The position numbers and the translations under genes are program-made. From positions 248,001-312,000 of the forward strand of contig NW_026862330.1 of the NCBI RefSeq assembly GCF_026571515.1: 64,000 nucleotides of DNA, given 5' to 3'. The stretch comes from Ruditapes philippinarum. Lineage: Eukaryota. Below, in pieces: positions 24,859 through 36,641 of this stretch. The stretch's first letter is position 1. Each line of letters opens with the position of its first letter. Under the pieces are notes generated by a model, which ran no database searches, had not been told where the DNA came from, and was given only the letters and a program-made list of their open reading frames with translations.

Positions 24859-26520
24859 CTAATTCTGTAGTAATCGACTATGAAGCGATGATAATATGTT
24901 TTGATAAACATCGCTTGCTTGTTCTGCAGTGTTCAGTTGTTGAAATAAATGTGCATTTAACCCCATCCAATTTTCACTCAACTGCCCCATTTCGCTGCAA
25001 CAGCCATGGATAGGTGATTCCTTGGTATACACCCGCACCAGATTCTCCAATTCTTCTTCAGAACAATTTATTGCAAACGAACAATCTGTATAACCAAACA
25101 TCCTTGGCTGATAATACATCATGTTGGGTTTACCTGTTACAGTCTCGCAATAAGTTTGTGCCCGAATCGTATGTATATTCCAGGATTTCTTAAAACTGTC
25201 AATATGATTTTGAATGAGAGGCATAAAACAAAGTCTGAGCCATTCGATATGCAACTGATCGGTATTATCAAATAGGTTTTGATCAATCAAATTTTTAAAA
25301 GGTTCCTCCAATAACAAGTAAAGTTTCTCGAGAGGAAACTCCAAAGCATTTCAATTCCTTGATTTGCAGTTGATCTCCCAACAGAAACAGAATTGTACCC
25401 TGACATGCTATCAGTATGTGACATTCTAAGTGCGATCTGAAGGTTCTCTAATGTACAGTTTTCAGTCCCTGCATCAAAATTCTGGAAACAAAGTGATCCC
25501 TCGGAAGCATTAATCACAACAAAATAACATAAGAATTGCAGACTCGGTTTGATTGAGTCTGTACATGAGGGATAATGAACAAGTGCAACATCCCTCACGC
25601 CCCCTAGCACCGGCTTGAGCGGTACTCAATTCTTAACACTTTATAGTGTTGGCACCAATGATCTCGAAGGACCAAAAAATATAACAACACTAGAGTGAAG
25701 TACGGGGCAACTTTTTACGGCTGCCACACAGCACTTGACACCTGCTGTTGTGAAGTACAAAATTCTGGAAACAAAGTGATCCCTCGGAAGCATTAATCAC
25801 AACAAAATAACATAAGAATTGCAGACTCGGTTTGATTGAGTCTGTACATGAGGGATAATGAACAAGTGCAACATCCCTCACGCCCCCTAGCACCGGCTTG
25901 AGCGGTACTCAATTCTCAACACTTTATAGTGTTGGCATCAACCCTTACCATTCTAGGTACATGACCACGTTTCTTTACACGTTGCATGAAATAAAATGCA
26001 AATAAAGCAGGGTTTTAATTTGATGGTGCAGCTCTCAACCATAGAATTTTTCGGGAAAATCCATTTATAGCTCCATGAATTAATATTCCAAATGGTTTTA
26101 GTTTGTCATATCCGTCAACATGAATTACGAAGTTTGGGCCTCGATTGAAATATTGTCTACGTCTTAATCGTCTTGCTTTCCTGTTGACTACTCCACAAGA
26201 GTCTAACGCCTTAAGACAAATCCTCACTGTATTTTGATGTGCTCTGATTCCATATCTCAAAAAAGCATTCTCCATGCTGCTCTGTAACCTAGTTCAGAAT
26301 AACCCTCTCGATGAAGCTGTACTACTCCACGAGCAATATCCTCTGGGTTGCTTTCTTCACGTCTACTTAAGTTTAAACGTCGAAGAATTCTTTTTATTTT
26401 AGTTTTGGAAAATACAATATGGTGAACAAACAAAAACATTCCAGCCATTTCCAAATGCGTATAACAAAGATTGAAGTATTTTTGGACAGTATCGTGTCGG
26501 CTCAGCTCATCTCGTAGCAT
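24859..26520 (-). pseudogene. IS3EU-type DDE transposase (integrase core), inactivated by frameshifts, a stop and a ~460-bp insertion
   Basis: Reconstructed: ...KRILRRLNLSRR...LGYRAAWRML/LRYGIRAHQNTVRICLKALD..GV..RKARRLRRRQYFNRGPNFVIHVDGYDKLKPFGILIHGAINGFSRKILWL...N*NP...GHVPRMVRVDA[insertion]GTEN...GRSTANQGIEMLW.../...LCFMPLIQNHIDSFKKSWNIHTIR...GKPNMMY. The putative catalytic D, D and E fall in HVDG, RVDAGTEN and QGIE. Confidence 0.88.
25475..25937 (-). repeat. Insertion in the transposase: two 180-bp direct repeats (25475-25654, 25758-25937; 1 mismatch) around a 103-bp spacer
   Basis: Flanked by gcatcaa at 25471-25477 and 25935-25941. Removing it restores RVDAGTEN in frame. Confidence 0.9.
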
Positions 26521-27014
26521 ACCATAAGACAACTTGATATGAATTGCCACAAGAAGTATCTGAAAGTAATCAAATAGCAAAGTAAATTATTAGAATTTTT
26601 CACTTAACATCATTAAATAGCAACATGCCTCCAGGTTCTTGCTTATTTTTATGAAATTTTTAAAAATGTATCTAAAAGTAAAGTATTGTAAAATGAATAA
26701 AGAAAGTCATTTATACATTTCAAACGGCATGTACAATCCACGTTAATAATAAAAAAGAGGTTAAAATATACATAAAAAATTCTTACTGCGTAACTAACGC
26801 AGTACTAGTGATTAATATTGCAAAAGCAGTCATTAAACGCTCATAACATGTAAAAAATTATTTAACTATTAAATCTTCTTACTTTTTAAAGATCTTAATA
26901 AATTTTTCCAAAGATTCAATTTCTTGAAATATTTTGGCTCATGTGGAGGCGTCTTTCAGTACTTTTGCAAAGAATATTATCGATTTCTATTAATATATGT
27001 AAAATAAAAGATTA

Positions 27015-27345
27015 CGACTAACGACAACAACGATGATTACGACGACGACGCATAAGACTAAGACGACTATTAATATAAATACTGCTTCTACTACTTAACT
27101 ACTCTTACTTCTTTGGCTACTACTATCACATGTACTTCTACTTATTATTACCTACTTCAACTACTACAACTACTGCTGCTACTGCTACTTATACTGCTTC
27201 TACTTCTTTGGCAATTACTTCTACTACTGCTGCTACTTATACTACTTCTACTACTGCTGCTCCTACTACTACTAGTACTGCTGCTGCTGCTGATGATGCT
27301 GCTTCTGCTGCTAGCAATACTAGGAAAAATACTACTGCAACGTTG
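27015..27345. repeat. Degenerate trinucleotide microsatellite ((ACG)n then (CTA/CTG/CTT)n)
   Basis: Low-complexity triplet tract. The overlapping poly-L, poly-T/A and poly-S ORFs are artefacts of it. Confidence 0.9.
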
Positions 27346-28750
27346 AATGGCGCTTTTCCAATTATCGGGGTATTTTAGGGGGTTTAAAACAACAACAACA
27401 ACAATCGACTCTTTCAAACAACTATGTAAATATAGCACACATCACTATGAACTTACGGTACGCTGATTTGGGTATACTAGTAGGCAGATCCAAGATTAGT
27501 GTCTGTCTTTTATCATATAGAACTGATTCAAGCGGTTTTTATTAGTGTTTTTTTTATTTCTATTAATTTTGGAAGAACAAAAAGGGGCAAGGTATGGTGA
27601 ATAAGTAGTGTGCAATAAAAATGTTACCATTTCTTCTGTATAATGGCAGATAATGAGCTTGGGCATTTTTGTAGAAGTATATTTTTGAAACCGGTTCATG
27701 GCGGCCGTGTTTTAAAAGTATCTTTTCATTTCTTCAATACTGCATTTTAATTGTACTTTCTAGTGAATTGCAACATGTTCACAAGAGAAGAAAATTGCAT
27801 ACCACAAAACATTTGCACTCAAGAAGCGTTTTAGCAAGAACATGCCTGTTGGTAGCTTTGCAGCCAATATTGTATTTCCAATTGTTCGTATGGTTCCAAA
27901 AAATGCACCCAAATTTCATTCATATTATTACATTTGCAAATTACTTTTTATCATATTTTGGTAAACTGTTCCAAGCATAGTATTATGTAAAACAAATTAT
28001 CATAATTTGTTGATTTTGTTTTCTAAGTCACTGTGACCTTGACCTTCACCCGACATAATCCATTGTATAAAATGATCTACCTTACATTGAGATTCACTTT
28101 CTGGCAAAGTTTAGTCAAAATCAAAGCAAAAATGAAAACGCTAGAGCGGTAACGCCAACTTTATTTACGGAAGACGGACGACGGAAAAATTTACCACAAA
28201 AGCTCATCCTGTTACGTGGCAGGAGAGCTTACACATTATGAAATTTGACCTTGATATCGGTATGACCTTGAAAGGTAAACATATAGTGATGATATTACAT
28301 AACTTTTTTTATTGAGTTTTGTATTATTTTCAAAACTTACCTCAATAAACACGTTTGGCTAAACCTCCATATTGAATTTCTTTAATATGACATTGTATTG
28401 GCAATTAAATTCTTTATAATGAAACAGAGATATGCTTTGTTAAGTACTTCATTGGTTACTTTTGCCAGTCGCAATACAACTAGTATATTAAGTACTTTGA
28501 TTTTACTTTTAATGATATCATATATATTGATAATTATGCATCCTTTTTTCTGAATTAAATACTAAGGTTAATTAAGATTCCTAAAAATGCTGTGTTTGGT
28601 AAGTATTTATCCTGTTATTGCATGCTTACAATCATTTTAAACCATTTTTTTGGGAGGGGGCCCACATAAATTTTAAGGTAATTTAAGCATACTGTTAAGT
28701 CTGGATGAACAAATAAATTGGAGTAATATAGTTATTTTGTCGCTTTAGCA

Positions 28751-29500
28751 TTTTTATGCCCCCGAAGGTCGGCATATAATAATCGCACTGTCCCTCTGCC
28801 CGCCCTTCCAAACGTTTGTTGGATAATCATGTCCTCGCTTTAAGGGGCGATTTAAGTGAAACTTCACAGGATTGTTTGTCACCAAATCTAGTTGTGCATA
28901 CTTTATTGGTTTTCCTCTTGAATCTTTTTTTTGCACAGATATGGCCCCTTTCTGGTCATTTTTCGAGTAAAATAAACTTGTCTGTGCTTCATCAAGAAAA
29001 CTGAGGAGTGATTCCAGTGACACTTCACAGGAATGTTTGTCACTATGCTTAGTTGTGCATAGTATCTTGATTTTCCGCTTGAATCTATTTTGGGACAGTT
29101 ATAGCCCCTTAATGTTCATTTTTTGAGTAAAATAAGCTTGTCCGCGCTTCATCACCAAAGCAGAGGGTGGGGATTATTCACAGAATTGTTTGCCACCAAG
29201 CCTAGTTGTGGATTCTTCCTGATTTCAGTAAATTAACTTTGCCACTTGGAAAATTTCAGTGAGCACTTATAAAATTGTTGGCATGCCAAGTATAGTTGTG
29301 CATTGTGCCATGATTTTGATTTTTCGCACAGTTATGGGCCCTTAATGATGATTTTAAGTGAAAATTGTTTAGACTTTTATCGGAATGACATTTATCAAAG
29401 GAGGTCGGGCATATATAACCAGTATTTTGGCATATATTGAGGATTTTATTTCAGAGCTTCCTATCGGGGGCATTAGTCACTTCAGTGACAGCTCCTGTTT
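28751..29500 (+). mobile_element. HINE/Helentron-like non-autonomous element with ~160-bp internal repeats
   Basis: tttttatgcccccga ... tcgggggcat subTIRs, 3' hairpin gtcac(ttca)gtgac, a ctcctgttt end, and repeated cacagga.ttgtttgtcacc..tagttgtgcat units. Confidence 0.65.
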
Positions 29501-31672
29501 AAGAATTTGTTTCCGTGGATTAAAATGCAAAATAAGGTAGGTAATGGCAGCCGTAAATCACTGACTATGAAATAATAAGCTATCATGAAAAGCCAAATGA
29601 GTGAGAATCTAACAAAGCGTGTACTACGACATGTACCTACTTAGACTGATACTTGCTGGGCTGCTACAACCACCGCCGCCAGCACCGCCACTTCTACAAC
29701 TCCTATTACGACTTATTGTAATACTACTAATAATGACGATGATAAAAATTATAACATCATACCAATACTGTTAGAACTTTCTCCATGACTTCGACAAATA
29801 CGCTGCCTGCTGTAGTCTTGAATATCACAATTTTATTAAAACTTATTTAACGAAATAATAAGCCATCGTATGCAAAACGAAAGACGATCTCGACAAAATT
29901 TATAACGAAAAGCGGAATACACTTTAGGCATTGCGCAAACTTTTTTTCATCAAATGAAATGTATTATGGTAATGCATCAAAAGTTAATGCGAGAAGGTGA
30001 AATGAATTAGATATTGCGTCATAATCTTTTTCGAGAAAGTGAAATGCATCATGTATTGCCTCTATATTTTTTTCGAAAAACACCTTTTATTAATTTTTCG
30101 TCAAAATATTAATCGTTATGTGTAATGTTTCTGTTTTTGCAAGAAGACATTTGGCCAATTAACTCAAATCTTCTCGTTTATTCGAATTATTTTTTGCGAA
30201 AACACTCAAGATATCATGCCTTTGCACCTTAATTCTTTCGACTTGCGTAAATCTTCTCATAAAAGATCGCGTAAGAGGTGACCCTTTGAAGCTTCCGTAA
30301 GCTATTTAACAATGCGAGTAACGTATTTGCGTCTTACTAAATATTTCAGCAAAGTCGTGAAATCACGAAGTTTCGACAGGATTGTTGTCGAAGAAACAAA
30401 AGCTTCAAGCATATCGAGAAAAATTCAGTTGCAATGTCTAAAAGCTTCTGATCTTTGTCATTAAATTTTATCGAGAAATGCAAAAACATCTTATCAATGC
30501 GAATAAAAATAAGTCGACTTAGCGCAAAACGTCTCACCAACTGTAGGCACTGATACGCTTCCGTAAATAACCATTCAATGACATATGTTTTAAATACTTT
30601 TAAAGCACGCATGCACTATACCTACAGTTGTATCTTAATTTGCATGAAACCTTACATATTGTTAACGAGTTAAATTTCGGTTTAGTATACAAATTAGATA
30701 ATATAACCTAGCTTAAAACACTAATTATCAACATAATTCACTCAACCAAATATGCAGTATTCCCTCCCTCCGTACTTAAAGGGTAACATTTATGTGAAAG
30801 AATTAGTACATTTTGTTACATCACGCATAGTACACACGCAAAATGTAACATGTGATTTTAAATATTTAATACTTTTCCTAAAATACATTGTATAGATATA
30901 ATAATAGTTTGATTTGACTGAATCATCTGTAGGTGTGCCGCTTTAAATTGTTTATTTTGTATCATTTTGCAAGTAGTTTAAAGGTGATAAATATAAATAA
31001 CATTTACAAACTGTAACCATAGTAAAATAAGTTAATGCGCCATGAAATCACGAAAAGTGATATTTTTAGAATTACGAACTTCAAGATACATTTATTATAT
31101 TTGAAAATTAACCCTAACGCTCCTGTGCCATTAGCTAATTGCCATTGTGTGTTTACATCAAATATAAACTTTTGTTGTATTGTTTGTATAAAATTAGATT
31201 TTAATTAAGTTATAATTGTAGTTTTATAGATATGTCGATAATAAACCACACATGCCTTAAATAATTTAACGATCAAATAGATAACTATGTTTTTATTTAT
31301 GAATATCTAAGGTTTCAATTTTAAAAGATCATTACATCAGTATAGACTGGAATATTTATTGTTAATTTCACTTAAATTTATCAAAAAGTTTATTAATCAG
31401 TAGGAAAATCTTCTCAGGTTAAGAGACAGATACTGAGGAAGTTTAAATTTTACTTTTATTAGAGAACGTCATTGATAAGTTACGTCATAATGCATGAATA
31501 TTCGTCATAAAAAATTATAGTCATTGAAAATGATCTAATTATAGAATGCAAAAAACACCATAATTTCTCAACCGTTGTGAGACATTTACAGTTTTAATAT
31601 TTCGGAAGTCAAATCGATAAAAGGTGTTTTATTTTAAATTTTATTTTCTAAAGATCGCTTTAAACAACAAAG

Positions 31673-34372
31673 ATGTTTTACCAGATGATAACACTGTGCG
31701 TAATACTGATGATCATGACGTGTTACTCACAGAAAACAGACGATATAACACGTGACCGGAAATCGCCATGTTCTAATTCTAAATGTGGAAAGTACAGGTC
31801 AGATAAGTTTCATTTGTATAATCTTATATTACTTTGGATTTTGGCGTAGGATTTTGGCGTAGTTACATTTGTTCGCTCAAACTAAATTTTCCTTATTTTT
31901 TTTATCATCTTTTTGCAAAATTTTGTAATTATTATTCACTATACATGATATTTGATAGTGATATAAATTGATTTTCAGTCACAAGTAATTCAAATAGTGA
32001 TTAAAGAAAGTATAATATTACAGGTATTGTAAACTCATATACTGAAGAGAGTATTGCCCGTTAAAAAATTATTTTGTCACACAGTTATAGGAAGATTTTG
32101 AAGATGTTTCCAGGAACGTTTTATACGAGAAAACAAATAGAAGGCAATGAAAGACAGTTCAGGGTGGCACGTATGAAATACCTCGTTGAGCAAGGTATTC
32201 ATATGAAGTCAGGGATGATCGGGGATGGTGACTCTTGTTGCCCTACGTAAGCAATAAACTTTCTTTGTTTAAAGTGATAGTATGCTCATTTTTGCACTGT
32301 CAAGCCGAGATAACGCATGTAGTTGTATATTTCAAAAGGTTGACTTTTTAAATGACGATTGAAAAATAATTTATAATATCAAATGTAACGTGTAAAAACT
32401 GCCTTCAAAATACAAAGACTACCCCACTGATTTTTCTTTATAAATTTAACATTATCGATATGTATAGATTTTTTTTGTGGGTCACAGGGGTTATTTTAGT
32501 TATAAACGAACATTCACTTTTTACTCTTGTATGGGCATAATGTCACTTTAAAGTTGTTAATTCAAAGTTATTTTTCTTCTGTCGGATGCGAAAATATTTA
32601 TAATGTTAAACATAAAAGGATCATTTTGTTATGTAATAGAAAGAGCACCGAAACACGAGGCTATCTGATTTGTACGAGGGGGCGTAGCCCCCGAGTATTA
32701 ATCAGATTACCGAGTGTTTTGGTGTTCTTTCTCTTTTGTATCATAGTCAAACATAAAAACACGTTCCCTGTTGTTACAATATGAAACCCCGGCAAAAATG
32801 AACCATTGAACGAGCATCTAAATATGACATTTCTGTCGATTTCACTTTCACTGCCGTCACAATATGTAAACCCCAGCAAAAATGAGCCAATCAATGGGCA
32901 TGCTCTGGAGTGCGGGTAACTAATACCCGCACTCCAGTTAACGCACTGTGCATGTATATGTATACGATTTAACCCTGACACATTTTCAACAGAAAGGTCT
33001 CCAAACTATGATACAATTTGTATTTGTTTCTGTGTGCTTTTGTACAAATTTAGTGGGACGGAATATAATAATTTTTTTACAGTTTTGAAGAAAAGCTAAA
33101 TAACATGACTGTTTATATTACCTTTATATGTGGGATTCAAGTATTTCATATGAATTATTACAACTTAAAGTTCATACAAATACATAATAATTTTCGAACA
33201 TTTTCAAATGTAACTTTTCAGAAAAACCCTTACGTTCACAAATTTCACGATGACCAATATTGACGGAGAGAACAAGTATTTAGTACATACACCGCCTAAA
33301 TACCAATTCATTCCTCATGGAGTGTGCATGTAAGTTTTCAATAACGCCATCTTAAAATATCTGACACGTTTTGGTGTAAGCTTATGTTAATTAGATGAAT
33401 TTAACCGTATTGTTAAATATTATTTAGTTTTCAAATGCCTTTACTTACACTGAAAATATTTTGTTTAAACAAAATAGTATGGTGCTAAGAAGTTAGCTGC
33501 TTGATTAAAAGAATTAACTTAAGTTCGTTCTTTTGCTCTTGCACATATCATATTTCAGTTTTGTGTTAGGGTCTACTATGGGCTTCTTTTTTCGTGAGAG
33601 TGGAAGGATTTGATAAAACCAATGATTGCCTCATGATTATTTTTTAACCTTAAGTACAAAGTTCATCGAAGGTATAATAAGTCGACAGCCCCAATAGCTG
33701 TCATTAAGTAGTCAGAATAAATCATTCATAAATTATCATCCTCATTAAAACTTTGGTTAACCGGTTTACTGCTCAGAAAAAGACGCAGTACAAAATTTGT
33801 TCTTTAATAATAAGAAAGTGACGGAGCAAGTTAATCATGCAATGATATAAAGCATAACTGCATCAACTTCTATTTCTCATTTAAAAAACATCCGATATAT
33901 GTTACAAAGTGCTTTTTTGGCCAGATATGAAATTGTATATACCATTGTCGGAATAAAAAAGAAATTCGGGAGCATCTTACGTACATATCAATTAAATGTT
34001 CGAAAGGCGATACCAAAGTTTTGATGATTTCTTTTAACAAAGTAATCACTCACCTCATTTGCATAGTAATAACATGCTTTATTATATACATATGATAAAT
34101 GTTAAAACGTTACAGCCACACTGTGTGTTATATGATATGAAGGACAACGCACTCGGAAGTAATATATAGATATTTGATATTCATCCCACTGTAAATTAAA
34201 CACTATATAATTATTGTTTTATATTTATATCTTCAGGAAAGGAGGCACTTGTGATGGGATATGCGTCAATGAACCAGTTACCCACTCTCTATTGACGTAC
34301 AATGTTGAAAAAGGAAAGCTGGAGTTTGACCTGTTTATCGTACCAGGATATTGTTCATGTAAATCAGTATAA
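31673..34372 (+). CDS. Spaetzle-like secreted cystine-knot protein, paralog C (176 aa, 4 exons; the only plus-strand copy)
   Basis: Exons 31673-31797, 32085-32246, 33222-33329 and 34237-34372 (125+162+108+136=531 nt), GT-AG, phase 2. Signal MFYQMITLCVILMIMTCYS; CSNSKCGKY; knot GDGDSCCPTKTLTFTNFTMTNIDGENKYLVHTPPKYQFIPHGVCMKGGTCDGICVNEPVTHSLLTYNVEKGKLEFDLFIVPGYCSCKSV*. AATAAA at 34605-34610. Confidence 0.88.
32640..32730. repeat. Long imperfect hairpin (part of a non-autonomous DNA element) in intron 2 of paralog C
   Basis: aagagcaccgaaacac..atctgatt.gtac..gggggcgtagcccccgagtattaatcagat..gtgttttggtgttctt. Confidence 0.7.
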
Positions 34373-35002
34373 CACTTGACCTTGTGATATGTATACACAT
34401 TGGCTTGCACAATCGACATCTAGTCCAATGTACAGTTGATTTTTAAAGACAGTATAGTAAATATTTGATGTAATATACATGTATCTTTCAAAATGGACTA
34501 TTATTACATGTTACTATTATTAACTATTATTCTTAAGTGATATTTTTTTTTGTTTGCTTCAAACATCAAAGTATATGATTTGTGTCCAAAATATCTATTT
34601 GACCAATAAATTAATCAATACTGTGTTACTATACAGTTCATTGTGAAGTTGTTTATATATCCTCGACTAGGTTCTAATAACTACACACCAAATATTTGAA
34701 ATTAGTAGATTACAACAAGTCATTCATACTTTTAACTGGATACTGATTTACCATAAAGAAGAGACCACGATTCGTATGAATAATTTTTTAAAGCCATCAA
34801 CAGTTATTAACGTGTTTTTCCTCACTGTCACTTTATATTTTTTCCTTGGGTAACAAGTTTTAAAGATATACTATGCTCAAACTTGATATTAGAAAATGTT
34901 GATAATTCTTTAACAGCCTATTGTAAATTTAAAATAAACATGATTTCATTAAAAGTAGATTTGTTATAATAATTGTTGGAAATTCTACACACTTTTACAC
35001 AC

Positions 35003-35182
35003 TTTATGAGGAAGCTATCCAGCTAGCTTACGGAACGTCGGTGGTTCTACTCGGGTACCCGTTCGTGCCTGAAATAATGCACAGAAGGGCACCTGAGGTC
35101 TTCCTCCACCAGTAAAGCTGGAACGTCGCGATATGACCTATACTGTGCCGATGTAACGTAAAAACCCAAAACAAACAAACAA
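35003..35182 (+). mobile_element. SINE body and tail (5'-truncated)
   Basis: tgaggaagctatccagctagcttacggaacgtcggtggttctactc...gggcacctgaggtcttcctccaccagtaaagctgga...cgtaaaaaccc with a (caaa)n tail. A homolog with a B-box lies at 15385. Confidence 0.7.
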
Positions 35183-36641
35183 ATCTACACACTTTGGGTG
35201 ATATATCGTGTAAATGAAAAAAAAAACAACAACAAAAACAAAAAAAACCCCAAAAAACACTGGCAGTTTCTTCTAAGAAAATACCAACTTTATTTGACCT
35301 GTAATAGGGAACACAGCTTCTCATACATATTGTATTCATTCTTTTATTCAAATTAGACATATTCGGTAGATATTTTATTACATTTCGATAAATTTCTGAG
35401 ATTAAAGCATTTTACACAAGGATGGGCATAATTTTACTTTAACACTTTATAAATTTGAATATTTCATAAAGAAAAAGACTGTCATGAATATACAAAGCCT
35501 GATTTGTTAATGGGTCAATTACATTTATATATATCGATCATGGTAAACAACAAGCCATAAATATTTAACACCAAGACTATTTTCAGATATAAACAGGAGG
35601 CATGGATCTCAGTCACATGACATTGCTGATAATGCAAAAAGCTACTACAAAATCATAAAAACTACGTGTGTTATTTTTCATTTTATTTAAAATCTTATTT
35701 TATCAAGACAATAAATAACCTAAAAATACAAAGTTACTAGTAAAGTAAACATAAATTTAAACATGAAATAAGTATGATAGCAATACAATATTTCTAATTT
35801 TTGTTTTTTAACAAAACTACAAAAGGGTCAATTTACTCGACACAACTGTGAAATTATTGAATAAATAGTGACATAGTTCATTACCGATGGTTTGAATAAA
35901 AACTCCATTTCAAGTATCCCATATTATCTGTCTTTATGATCAGTGTTTAAATCATCGATTTACAAAAAAGCAAGCAAAACAGAATAAAAAATGTAATAAA
36001 CCACAATATAAATATAAAAGAGAGGAAAAAGAAGATCAGAAACTTTGCAATACTCACAAAACCCCCAAACGAAACAAGCATTGATATTACAATTACATTT
36101 AAAGAGAAATAAGAAAACAAACATGTTTTGAAATCACTTTTGAATCTGTCAAACATGCAGTTCAATAAACTCAAAAGTTTTTTTTATTAGACATAATACT
36201 CAAATCAAGCTTTAATCATGTCAACAAGAAAGTGCCAAGAAAATGCCACTGCAATTTGTCCAGAAATACTTATAAAATGTTTTTTTTTATTTATAATTGT
36301 CTGATATCATCTCTTTATCAAAAGACCAAATATTCTTTTTAAATGTACACATTTTTTGCATACTGGTATTTTATCAATCTATTCCGTATCGCAAAACTTT
36401 TTTCAGAAATGCTAAATCATCTTCCAGTCATTTTATGTCTGTTTAAATAATAATAACTTTTATCTTCTTGTCTTATTTTCATTACGTTTTTCGACAACTC
36501 ATTTTACACACTTTGCCATTGTACGGCTAGTAACAATTAACTTTAAATGTTTTTTTTTCTTTTAAACTCCTCTGTTTCAATTCCAATATAACTTTGAGTT
36601 TATTTGTCACTGGCCAACTCTGACGATCAGGTGGTAAGAAT

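Larger units (their letters stand above)
14401..30299 (-). mobile_element. 15.9-kb IS3EU-type DNA transposon with ~410-bp TIRs, decayed transposase and many nested repeats
   Basis: Begins TACGGAAGCTTCAAAGGGTCACCTCTTACGCGATC and ends with the exact reverse complement. TIRs span 14401-14813 and 29888-30299. The 6-bp TSD agctat lies at 14395-14400 and 30300-30305. TAY..RTA ends, a 6-bp TSD and an IS3-like DDE integrase core match the IS3EU superfamily definition. Confidence 0.85.
14194..30565. mobile_element. IS3EU-type MITE (host) split into 14194-14400 and 30300-30565 by a large insertion
   Basis: Termini TACGGAAGCTTATCAG (14194) and CTGATACGCTTCCGTA (30565). The 6-bp TSD aataac lies at 14188-14193 and 30566-30571. 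The joined halves match the uninterrupted copy at 4128-4575 in reverse complement. Confidence 0.85.

Noticed and set aside
25475-25937. Repeat-spacer-repeat as a CRISPR array or canonical LTR/TRIM element; duplicated MLGGVRDV ORFs
   Set aside because: The context is eukaryotic, the repeats are 180 bp with only two copies, and there is no cas gene, TG..CA pair, PBS or PPT. The ORFs merely read through the repeat.
27113-27438. Poly-Leu, Thr/Ala-rich (mucin-like) and poly-Ser ORFs
   Set aside because: All three arise from one trinucleotide microsatellite inside the transposon, with no splice or domain support.
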